This document shows, in pieces, positions 1 to 11,976 of a DNA stretch of 64,000 nt. Source of the stretch: Sphagnum compactum (Eukaryota). The notes beneath the pieces were generated by a model. It was not told the DNA's origin, ran no database searches, and was given only the letters and a program-made list of their open reading frames with translations. Within the stretch, counting starts at the first letter, position 1; each line of letters starts with the position of its first letter. The translations under genes and the position numbers were made by a program. The stretch is from assembly GCA_965153455.1 (NCBI GenBank), contig OZ234493.1, forward strand, positions 12,266,213 to 12,330,212, in the 5' to 3' direction.

Positions 1-600
1 TAAAGATTGACCCTCTAGATGGATTTGTTATTTTCTTTGAAGGTTGTATTTCTTTAGTACTTTTCAGTAGACTATTCATTTTTTCTTCAAACATTTGCGC
101 AATAAAGAATGATCTACATCCACATGTTTTTAAAAGAAGTTATTCCATTGGTTTTGTAATAAAAAAATCAATTCTTTCCTTGCTTGAGTTCTTGGATTTA
201 TTCCAATTATTGGATTTTAATAATAGAGTATGCAACACATTATTTGTGTGTTTACCAAATCAACTTCTACATTGTCATTTACACAATAAAAACTCCAACA
301 TAAAAAAGTTCTACCATGTGGTTTCCATATTTTCCTTTGAGCATGTAATATTTCAAGTTCCCCTTCATTATTTTTCACTACCATTTTCTAGATTCCTACT
401 TGTTTCTATTTGGACACTTAGATTTTCCTCAAACCCATCTTCCAAAACTACATCATTCACACATATTTCAATTGTTTCATTGTTCCCATTTATCATATTT
501 TCATTTGCAAAAGATTGTTCCATTGGCAGTTTTCACAAGACTATGTCCAAAGATAATGTAGAAAACAACTATTCTTCAACAGACTATGCAAAAATTATAA
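1..600 (-). mobile_element. Decayed hAT-type transposase remnant (N-terminal BED zinc-finger region), running off the left edge
   Basis: Minus-strand translation across stops and shifts gives HAQRKIWKPHGRTFLCWSFYCVNDNVEVDL..IMCCILY..RKELIFYYKTNGITSFKKHVDVDH, a W-x-F..C-x-x-C..H-x4-H BED-finger-like layout. Confidence 0.6.
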
Positions 601-1639
601 TCAAAATTATAATCAAAAGAAAGAAAAGAAAGAAAGTAAAAAAAAAAAAAACATTTACAAGAAAATGGGTTTAAAGGTTTAGAAAAGACATTTACGAAGA
701 ATGGGGTTTAAGGTTTAGAAAAATTATCAGAAAATCAATCATTTTTCTCTTTCATCTCATCATGGAAAAATTCATCATGGATAGATATAAGGGTTTTAGA
801 TTTAAATCAAAGGTTCGAATTTTAATCTTGCACACAAACAAACAAAACAACATATTAAAACTCACAAACTACACTAAAACAAAATGTATTCAACCCAAAA
901 AAAATGACAAACAAAAACAGAACAAACAAACAAAATACAAAGTAAAGAAAAAAAACTCAAGACATCTAGGGAAAAAACAACCTATGTTGTTGGATGAAGC
1001 TTCTTGTTGTTGCTCAGAGCTCCTCCACCTACATAAGAGAATGGGGAGGGAGTACCAATTGATAAGCTGAAGCAGCAAGGCATGACAACGAATAGCAAAA
1101 CAATGAAACAACAATGGGGGGCGAGGGGCATTAGGCATCTAAAAATGGTGAGTAGTAAGGCACGATGAATAGCAAGGCCTAACAACTAGCAAGGCAAAGT
1201 AGCAAGGCGTGATGCTAGGGCAACAAGGCGTGAATAGTCGGGCACGACAATGAAATCAACAAGGCACAAACAACAAGGCAACGAAAGCAACTAGGCAATG
1301 AAAGTAGCAAGGTGCAAGTAACAAAGCAACAAGGCATAAAAGCAAGAACAACAAGGCATAATAACAAGAGCAACAAGACAGTGGCCTTTCGAATATGGTG
1401 TATGAGCTTTTATGAGATTATTTTGTCCTAGATGATTTTGCATCTGGATTGGGTGGTGCTATAGGTGGATGTTTGTAATGCCTTCAATTCAATGTCATGT
1501 CAGCCATTTTTCAGGAGTTATGATCTTCACTTGGTTCTTTGGATCAAATTTTTCCATTTGTTTGACAATTCTATTCATACCCATTTCCATTGTATTTTTC
1601 TCAAGTTTTTTGACATGGGGATTTCATAATCATTTCATT

Positions 1640-3200
1640 GCAATTAGGTACATGATAGGGCGACCCATTGGGAGTTTGCTCAAGCCCACTTTCGCATTTT
1701 TTGCCCTACAACAGTGGCCCATTGTATTTGTGTTTTCCATTCGTTGGTGGATGATACACATATAATATGTCTTACATCAAATGTGGTTCTTGTTTTTTTA
1801 TGATTATAACATGAGTTTTCAGCATGAGGGTTTCAACAAAGTGTGTAATTTGGTCTCCACAGGGGTTGGACCACTTTATATCACTTATTTTTAACTTTTT
1901 TATTCTTGACTCGGGCTTTTGTATTTTGGGCACACCAATGGGATTTAGATCATTCGTTGAATTGTTTGTGGTTGAGGCTCTTTATAGTGTTTCCATTTCC
2001 ATGTATTTTGTAGCATTACGCTGAATTTGATACTTGTACCATAGCTATGCTGGAGAAGTTATTTGGTGCGGGATCTTTTGGTGGTTATATTAATTGCATA
2101 ACTCATTGTTAGGCCACTCTTCTTGTTCTTTTGGGTGAGCTCGGCCTCCATTTTGTAGTTCAAACTATTGCCCTCACATTTTTGGGGTGTTGGACATAGA
2201 TCATTATTGCATTTGTCATTCATTTCCGATAGGATGATCACCCTATTTTTTTAGATGCAATAACCCATGTTGAGATTAACATTTCCCAGTTCCAGATGGC
2301 ATTATATGATATTGAACCTTGTTACCCCAGGTTGTTTGTTCTCAAGTCCTATCCTTTGAGAGCTTAATGGTTTAATTTTATCCCAATTGTAGGCTTATTT
2401 GGAAGATCACTTACATGAGTAAAAGTTTGCCTCCCTTCTAGTAGACGCTACTTTAAATATCATATGAACATGTCTTCATTCATGTGTGGCTTTAAGGGCA
2501 TGCACTTGGTTATTAATTCATCTACCACATTTGCATTTTATGCATCCTCTATCCACTTCCTTACAACACTACATACCCATTTTGGTTTGCCACATTCTAC
2601 AATTACCCATTTTTCACGATGTTAATGTGGTCATACCATTGACAATCTAAGTACCCATATACTTTGGTGCCCTTGCAAGAGTGAACATACAACAACCCAT
2701 GATACACTTCGAGATATTGTCGTAATTATTGCTTTGGAAAGTGGAACACATGTTCAGAGGGAGGTCCCCCACCTTTTCCCTCGCCACACTAGATGTTGAA
2801 TGGATATCCTTATCACTTTAGATGACTTCTGGACCTTGATGGATGTCACCATTGTTTGACCTGACTTGCACAAATTTGGTGCAGTGAGCATTGATGATGA
2901 CATCATATGCATCGATGATGGGTACTCAGGAGAATACACAATCATACATTGAGCGAAGCACTAAGTGATGATTTCATTCCACTTGTTATTGAGAGGTATG
3001 GGTGTTTTCATTTTTCTTTTGATTCATTTTTGACCGCTTGTGCCAAGACCATTATAGTGTGTCATCCATGGTCTTTTTTAATCCCTTGATGCTTGTTTTT
3101 TACTATCAATAATGGGTGTCCATAGCCTTATAATGTGCACAAGCCATAACAATTCTTTAACAAGCTATTGCATTTGGTCAAAGTTCTTCATCTTTTCCAC
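1640..3200 (+). mobile_element. Decayed non-LTR retrotransposon with RT and restriction-like endonuclease (CRE-like)
   Basis: RT remnants *GDPLG (about 1655), SLVDDTHII, KCVIWSPQG, ILGTPMG; then a C-terminal region ILWCPCKSEHTTTHDTLRD..VQREVPH..MDILIT..LMDVTIV resembling CCHC plus RLE motifs; many stops and frameshifts. Confidence 0.62.
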
Positions 3201-4167
3201 GAATCATAACTAGAGCACTTCTATCACTACCCAATTTGTGGAAGATGACAACTTTTTTGTCTTAAGTTTTCTTTGTATTGTTGATTGTCATTTCGTAGCC
3301 ATGAACCCTCTTTGCATAAGGTCTTTACCTGATTTTTGTTGATTTTTGTTTCTTTGGGTCGTATCTATTTTATATTCTCATTTGCCTTGTACTTTTGATG
3401 GATGGGTTCCCATCCTTGATTTTTATTTACATGGTATTTTCTATATACAATAAGCCAATATTATTATTTTTATCACTTTATTTTGGAATGAATATTTTTA
3501 AAAATAGAGTGAATATTGAGTGAATATTTTAAAAAATATTCATTCAAAAATTTTAAGCACATATCAATTGTGACTAAAATTTTCAGAAAATGAAGATTTT
3601 GTTATTTGAACATGTAGTTCCTTACCAATCCATTATTAGCTTGGATGTTGGATGATTTAACTCTAGGTCTATAGCAAAGACAAATAGAAGGCCTACGCAC
3701 GTGCACATAATTTCATCCACTTAGCCACAAAAAGTGGTCTTAACAGTCATTTTTCACTTCATTTAGAAGTTCGAAGTGCAAGTCAGCTTGCACAACTCGT
3801 CGCTCAACTTGTCCACTCAGCTTCTTTTTGCCAAACTACCCTATTCACCTTCATACTCCGGTGCATTTACCCCCTTGAGTTTGAATAAAAATACGTTTGA
3901 ACTTTTTCCTTAAAAGGAGATATTTTGTTGCATCCCATCATTCCTTCAAAAAAATCCTATTATTACCATAGAAGACCCACAATCCAAAAAATAATAATGG
4001 TAACCCACATGCCCACAACTTCAAAAAATAAAAATAAAAATAATGTCTTTCCTTAAACACAGTTCTTCCTTGAACACAATCCTTCTTCATAGTTCTTCTT
4101 TTTTCAACATGTCTCAGTCACCTCCAAAGGATTTTTCTTACATGGGTTTTCTTTTCCATTATCGTTC

Positions 4168-5030
4168 ATGAGGGTCTCAAGCTATAGCATTTGCATACCT
4201 ACAAATGCATCTACCATAGTTCGACCAAGTCTATCTCATCAAAGTAGGAGAGATGTGAGGGCGGTACAATGGTCAAATGATGCTTTGTCAACATTGTTGG
4301 ATTTGTATGAAGAGAAATATTTGGCATTTGGCCGTGGGTCTTTTCCAATCATGGATTAGGGAGACATTCAAAAAAAGCTTGTGACACATATTCCTACAGA
4401 AAGTGCGAAGACAACAACTCAATGTTGTGACAAATGGGATAAGACGAAGAAGAAATATTTTCAAGAAAAAATAATAGAAAGTGTTACAAGTTCTACAACT
4501 ACTTCATGGATTTGGTTCGATAGGATGAACCAAATTTTGGAGGGCACAACAAAGGCTGATGACACACCTAATGGACTTGATCAAGGATATGTTCATGCTG
4601 GATCTTCTCAAACACCAACCATTGAAAAATATTACCAAATGATGATATAGGTCCAAGTCAAGTTGGGAGTGCTCCTCCACAAAATCCTCCATCCATTATT
4701 CTAGCATTTGGCACTTCTGCCGATACATCTAGTATGGGCATTTGAGGTAATACTGCAATTGAAATCGCCTCATACATGTGCAGCAAATTTACTTGGTGTT
4801 TTTGGCAAAGCTGTGGGAAACAAAAGACATAGTTGAGTGGTGACATGGCATCTACTTTCAAGAAGTTAATTGAATCTTGAGAAATAATTGAGACTTTTAA
4901 GCTTGAATTACAAAGGGAGGCAATTGAGACTACAAAGTCCATTGCCCAATCTATGATTGCAATGGAAGAAATGTATAGGAAAGAAAGTTGAGAACAAACT
5001 TTACAATTGGCACAAATTTTTTTCAACTGA
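4168..5030 (+). pseudogene. Myb/SANT-like (trihelix) DNA-binding ORF remnant, probably PIF/Harbinger ORF1
   Basis: QWSNDALSTLLDLYEEKY..D*GDIQKKL..KTTTQCCDKWDKTKKKY..WIWFDRMNQIL matches the trihelix W..W..QC..KW..Y..W.WF pattern; in-frame TAG at the second conserved Trp (4357-4359); intronless. Confidence 0.65.
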
Positions 5031-6019
5031 ATTCAAAGCTAGATGTCCTCTTAATGTTCAAGAAAATTGACAAGAGATTTACATCTATACTTTGTATGAA
5101 TATAATATTCATACAAAGTGCAATTGTTGTATGAAACATGAGTTTTATTTATTGAATGATGTGTTTTACATAAAACAACAAAATGTGAATCTATTCTATG
5201 GGATTATGTTGTATCCAGGATTTAAATAACGCATTTCGCATCTCTTCACTAGTAGCCTTAGCTCTATCACCTTATCGTGGAACTGATATACGCATACTAG
5301 TAAAACCCACAAAAAAGGATCTATTTTGTGTTCAAACATCATGAACCACTAGTTTTGGCATACCTTGCAATTGACAAAAATTATGCAAGGTACAACATGC
5401 CAAAGTAATCATAGGGGTTCGATCAACATGAACATTCATTTTTTGACCTTTGGCATGGGGAGGATTTGAATTGGCTTTGGGGGATGACTGTTGGCAAGGA
5501 GCACCAAAAAAATTGCAAGCATAAGTATTGTGTCATCTTGGGCCATGGTTTTTTTCCACAAGGTCACAAAAAAACAAGGTTTGTAGAATTTGGGCTCAAA
5601 ATACAAAGGATTGAAGTTTGTGAGCTTCAAACCCTAAGTGTTAATGAAAAGAGGAAGATGATCCTTGTTAAATAATTGATTGGTTATAAACAATCGGTTA
5701 AACTTATGGTTAGAAACAAAAGTTGAAAAAAATATGAATTTAACTTAATTTGGGTTGGGATGAATGACTATATGTTTTTTCTTCCACCAATGGGGGACAA
5801 GGAAGCAAGTCCCACATGCCCACATGATTTAATAAATGGGAGACCAAGAAAAGAAAAAGAAAAAATATCAAGCCCCCACCACATGCCCCTGGTGTGGGTA
5901 TTAGGGTAAGTACATAAAGTTTGCTACTAATCTGTGACTAATCCGCTACTAATCCGTTACTAATCTGTTTATTTAAATAAGTAGCATTTCTTCCCATTTG
6001 TGCACAATTGCAGGGAAAT

Positions 6020-6020
<1 letters not shown>

Positions 6021-6050
<30 letters not shown>
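6021..6050. repeat. (CT)n microsatellite in the promoter/5' leader of the mL45-like gene
   Basis: 15 perfect CT units; a telo-box (TAGGGTTT) lies at about 6222. Confidence 0.9.
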
Positions 6051-6054
<4 letters not shown>

Positions 6055-6321
6055 GTGCGCTTGCTTGCCTTGATCTGTTTATTTTGATTACGAGGATTGA
6101 AGTCGTTGAAGATGAGCATTAGTATGGTAGAATTATACTCCAAGGATTGAAGGAGTACAGAAATCGGTACTGAGTTGGTGTTTCTCTGTTTTTTTTTTTT
6201 TTTGGGGGGGGTTTTTTTTGCTAGGGTTTTGGTATTAGGTTTGAAGGCAGTCGATCGGGGTGCACAAAAGCTTGCGAGAAGAAACGGAGAGCGGTAAGAA
6301 GATTATTATTATTATTATTAT

Positions 6322-9300
6322 ATGGCAGGAATTAGGAGTCTGAGAGCTTTCTCATTTCATCGTCTTCTTACGCAATCTTTCACTTGCCGAAGAACTCCGG
6401 ATGCGTATCTTGTTCGGAGCGAGACTATATCGCGGCCAATACCGGAATTAGGGTTTCCCTTGCCATGGAGAGCAGGACAAGCGTCAAGCTACCATGGTGG
6501 CTGTGGAGGGATCAAGGAGCTACGGGAGCTTTCAGCATCGTTCTCATGCCAACGGGGTACGTTCGTCGTCATATGTTTGTTTTTTGGTTTTGTCCTCGGA
6601 GCCGCATGGAAGCAGAGCTTTGATTGTCAGAAGTGACACTCTTCTTCTAGGCGTTCTTGTGAAGAGAGCGGGCAGTACGGCCTTCTGCAGATTATACAAT
6701 GCCAATTTCAGCTGTGTTTGAACTTGTTCTGTGTAAACTGCAGATTTCCAGGTTGAAAAATGTGTAACCATTTATGACATCATCCAAGGAGTTTATCATC
6801 CTTCACAAGCTTTGGTAGGTTTGACAGTTGATACATTTTTTTCCCCCCATCCCCCAGATGTCATTAAAAAAATCATTGCTACTCATATCTGCCATTTTGC
6901 ACTTTGGATGTTCGATACAGAGGAAGGCTTTGTTGAAGGGTAGTGGTTTTTGGTGGGTTTTGTGGACAGGTGAGAACCCCATTCTTATTTACAATAGGAG
7001 TCCGAGGTTTTGCCAAGGCAGTTTCATTACCTCCTCAAATGCAAAAACCTGTAAGTATAACTGGTGTGCTCATCAGTTCTTTATTGTCAGAGAACACATA
7101 ATAGGGATCTCATTTTTGGAAGTGGCAGTTTGTCAATTTTATGGATTGTCAATATTTATGTCAAATTGACAATACTTTACTGACTTTGGCAAATGTCAAA
7201 CAGATGAGATTACGAGTGTACATGGGAAGTCCAGGGATCATTGCAGAACCTTACAAGCCTCGCCCTCCACCCCTTCCTTTAATACGACGGTATGTACTGG
7301 ATCCTGCCAACCCTGCAATTTAAGCACTTCAGTTCACAGTTCTATGCAGGCTGACAGTTATGGTTGCTTGCACCTTTAGTTGACTCTATGTTCTGAAAGT
7401 CAGTCATGCTGGGGAGTTGCATATGTGCTAGGCTGCACTAAAAGTTCTTGTTTTACATAAAGTTCAGTGTGATCTGTTGATGCTATTTTCTTTGATTCTG
7501 TTGCTGGTCCCCTCTTCTCGATAACATTCTTGTTGGTTGTTTTAAGAAAAAAGTTGTTGCCTTTTGTTACTGACTCCACAGTGGCAGCATATCATTGGTC
7601 TGTGTAGACTTGTCACTGATGGTGTGATTTTTTACTAAGATTGCAGGTGGTTTACCAAAGAAGGATGGCGAATAAGAAAGGAGAATCTCTTGGCCATGGT
7701 ACTGACTATGAAATCTCAGCCATTGCACTCAATGGATAATGCTCTTAAAGTTCTCCTGTCTTTGATTTTGATTTTTCCTGTTCTTTACGGTTGATTTTCC
7801 TCTTTTTCATGCTTGCTCATATGTTGCTCTTATGTTTTCAGCTGTATAACCTTACTATCAAGTTATCCCTCAATTCTTTTCAGATTGACTTAAATTGTAG
7901 GCATGGAGAAGTTCTCAGTGCTTCTGAACATAATTGTGGAAGGGGAAAGAAAAATGTGGCTGAAAGAAAAGGGATGTTATTGTGGTATGCTGCTAGTGAG
8001 AGTCCAGTTATTCCACTGTGGCTGCACTTCGGCTGCTAAGTAGACCTGAGGAGCAAATTGACACATGGTTGTCCACTTTTCTGTGAAACAGTTGAAAACC
8101 AGCTTTGTCATAGCAAAGCTGCGACAGAAATCAAAAGGATATACTCAGTCAAAGTTCTACCGTGAGGCTTCTGACCTTTACAGACAGGCAAGTGTTTTAT
8201 GGGTGTTTCTACTGCATGATTCCTTTTGTAAGTCAGACCTCATTTGAGTTGAGTTGATGGGTCATATGTATCTTGAGTGTCTTATAACATGGATTAGGAG
8301 ATGGATGCAGATCAACTATGCTTTAGCACAAGGGGATCGATCATTGCTTCGGCAGCTTGTCACTGACACTGTTTTGACTGTGAGTCTTCTCTTTGACAAT
8401 ACCTGTACTGGTAGCGAGCTCCAATTGCATCAGGTTCTTTATAGGGAATCCCATCATTGTAGACAAATTGCACCTAATGAGCTCTTGTTTTAGAGGATTA
8501 TTATGGAGAAGTGAATCAGGTGTTTGTCAGAATCTAAAGGTTTTCTGTAGTGAAATCCCTATGAAAAGCCTGTGGGTTTTAGCGTTAAGGATTTCAGGTT
8601 GAAACCCTAAACCTTTTGCAGAAACTAGAGGTCATTTTGACCTTGGTGGACACCCAGGAAACTTTTAAGGACTGGAATATCTTCATGGACAGTCCAAAAA
8701 AGCAGTGGCCCTTGTCCAAGTTAGTTATCTAAAGGCTAGTCTTCATAGGGGCATTTGAAGGAATTGGAGAGACTATGAACCCTTAAGCAAGGGAATTGCA
8801 TATTCCGTCTTGTAAAGGGAGGCAACAAAATATTCTTTCAAGGGAATGCTGTGTTCAAGGTTGGTCATTACTGTTGTCCTTTGCCAGGATATTTACAATG
8901 GGTGTTGTTTCTTTTCTTGTCAATTTACTTGGCAGGGTATGAAGAAGGAGCTGAAGCACAGGGAGACATCATGGGCACAAGTCCACTGGGAGCTTGTAGG
9001 GCCCATTAAGAAAATACGAACTTTGCAAGGCCGTCTGGTTTGTGTCCATAACTACGTGCCCCACTGATTTGTGGCAATGCTTTCTGTGGTTTGACTTCCA
9101 CCTGAGGAAACACTGGGTCATGCAGGTTGGAGTTGACCAGACAAAAAATCTGGACAATTCATTTGCTCAGCTTACCCTTCGAATCATCAGTAACCAGGTT
9201 TCATACCTTTCAACCACCAACAACTATTTTGTGACCTCATTGCTTGCATCTTTTTCTTTGGTTTTGTTGAGTTCTAAAAACCCACCAAATCCAAGGCGGA

Positions 9301-10095
9301 ATGATTGGAATATCAAGTCCTGTCTTGATCCGTGATTTCTGTATTTCATAAGAATTTGAGAGCATTTCTTTAGGTTGGGAGGAATCTCTGCACCCAGAAC
9401 TCAAGTAGATGCTCGTATTATACACAATGTTTCATCACAATTTTTAATGATGGGAGAATCTGTGCTTTGGTAGAGAGAGAAAGTCAATTATTTGTCTCCA
9501 CGCCTAAAATTTTCAAATTGGACACTGCATGACTCACCCAGTTAATGTAGAAAGTCAACTGCAAATGTGGGAATACTTGGTTGGGAACCATACATTGGTC
9601 TCCTGAAAAACCTCCAAGGTCTCACCTTGACCAAACCAAAAGCACTGTCTTGAGGTAACTATTATCTCCAAAATAATCAAATTGTGTTTTGAGGTGTGTA
9701 GAAGTTTGCAGCATATGACAAGCACGGCAAACTTGTTGCTGGGGATCTGGAGAAAGAGGTTAGTACTACTTTGTGCTACACAATTTGGTCTCGGTGCAAT
9801 TATATGTTTGCTTTTAAGGGAAATCTGAAATTTAAATTCTTAGGCAAGGGTCTGGTGAATTGTCCTAGAACAGTGAACCAGAATCAAATGTGGTCTAATG
9901 TAACAAGAGAGAAAGAAAATCCATATCATTCATTGCAAGGAACATATCAGGGAGGCATGAGGATAAAAAATGAAGGCATTGGATGGGATGATGGGGTCAA
10001 CATTGCAGCTCACTGTGGAGGACATTTGGGTATTTGAGAAGCACCTCTCCCAGCCTGAGGCCAAGTGGAGGTTGTGCGGTCGGCTCTCTGTTTGA
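6322..10095 (+). CDS. MRPL45: Tim44-domain protein, mitochondrial ribosomal protein mL45-like (about 302 aa, 10 exons)
   Basis: Exons 6322-6556, 6998-7050, 7204-7289, 7647-7698, 8092-8187, 8311-8379, 8936-9037, 9126-9197, 9702-9758, 10009-10095 join in phase (909 nt). The protein has an Arg/Ser-rich presequence, SPGIIAEPY, WFTKEGW, FAQLTLRIISNQKFAAYD and the terminal Tim44 motif VEDIWVFEKHL..WRLCGRL. Confidence 0.88.
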
Positions 10096-10781
10096 TATGG
10101 GAGTGCAACATCATGTTGGTTAGTTAAGCTCACCCATTAAGTAGGATTAATGTTCCTTGTGGACAAAACCTTTTTTGCAAAAGCATTGTCACATTAGGCG
10201 AATGTGTGAGTGAGGTGATGGTCTCCAAACAGGTGTTAGATAGCCCTTGATTGCATACCATCACAAAGCCTAAACTTTATTTGTTCCAAGCCAATTTGTC
10301 ATAGATATGAGCTTTTCTGGACAATATGAGCTATCCTTAGGCACCAAGATATCTTGGGTTTGTGTTCAAGATGTAGTGCATACTGGGAGAGGTGCTCAAT
10401 CTTTATGAATCAACAAATGTATTTACTTTTGCAGCAAATGGTATTCTGGTGCAATGATATCCTTTCATTCTTTATAAGATACATGTCTACTTTTGAGGTT
10501 GGACACCTATTAACAGCTGTTTCTGTATGCTCCCTCCTCAGAGAAAAGAAACCCTAGGATACTGCATGTCAAAAGATTGCAAGACAACAACAACAGATCT
10601 TTCTTGGGTGATTGTAATGGGTAACATCAGCAATTTTATAAACATGTTCCACATGTTACAAGTTGCAAGATGGCCAGGTTTTCTGAATTGCATTACTATG
10701 CTGCTTGCTTGAGAATGATATGAGAGTCATGGATTTGTGAAAAGTGTATGATGAAAAGATAAATCATGATGCCGCACTTGC

Positions 10782-10909
10782 TTGTCAACAAGCATGATTG
10801 ATGATTCAATTTTCTATCAAGCATGGTAACTACAATCTTGTTGACATCATAGAAAGGACACGATCCAATGTTTACAATGTCCTATATCATCAATCATGCT
10901 TGTTGACAA
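10782..10909. repeat. Perfect 24-bp inverted repeat with 80-bp spacer
   Basis: TTGTCAACAAGCATGATTGATGAT (10782-10805) and its exact reverse complement (10886-10909). Confidence 0.9.
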
Positions 10910-11976
10910 CAAACCTGTAACTTTTATGGTCTTTTGCAATGACATCACCCCTCAAGAAAACATTGAACCCATGAATTTGTCAGTCACAATGTGAGAAATC
11001 TGCCATCTTGCTCCATTCTTCCAAAACTCTTCACACCCCAGTTCAAAAGCAGAGGTCAACAAAATGAGGTGTGTGGCAAGTCCATTTTTTGCAAAAATTC
11101 AGTCATATTCACTAGCCCTCCTTTAGCTATTATTATTAATATTATTGATGAATTTAAATGACTCCATCACTACTAGAGCAAACTTAGAAACCAAGAATAA
11201 GTACAAGACTTTTATCCCATATGATAAATGCACTTTGTTCCACAAAAAAATATAAAACTAGTTTAAATAAGGCATCACCTCCTATGTGCAAAATGTTAAA
11301 CCACAGACCCACACAATTGTTTTGATTCCAGGTGATGAGAAACTGACCCATAGCAACCAATGGTGGTGCTCCACTTTTGTGATACATAACAAGCACGGAT
11401 GACAGACATAGCACTCGGTCACTCACTCTTGCTCACACACACACACACTCTCTCTCTCTCTCCACATGTCTATTTGATTTGTACTCCACACATTTTTGAG
11501 TTAAAACAACAACACAAGCAAATCTGCAGACACCCACTCCTTCCTATACAATTACTGATTTTTTTCCTTGCCTGTGTGCATGCATGCATGCATCCATCCA
11601 TCCTTGCATCCTTGCATCCTTCCATCCTTCCATCATTGTCCCTTCAAATAGGACACTAATCTTGTACTATGTTCTGTGAGGAGGCCCAAAACTCATTCAT
11701 CCCCACTGGTGTACCCCTTGTTGTTCCTCGTAGTATTTACAGATTTTTTCAACAAGCCTATGTCCTGGAGCAACCATTTGCTTCCATGAATCATTGTTAT
11801 CACTGCTGCTGGACCCCTTTCTTCCCCCTTCTGTGAGAATTGGGCAGGCCCACAGATCTTCGTAAATTGGATACGGGTAGCCATGAAGGCTGAGCTGAGC
11901 AGCATGGAAAATTAATAAAATACCCTTCAAATGGAATCCAATTATTGTAATGTTTGGTTTGGTCCCAATGACTGCT

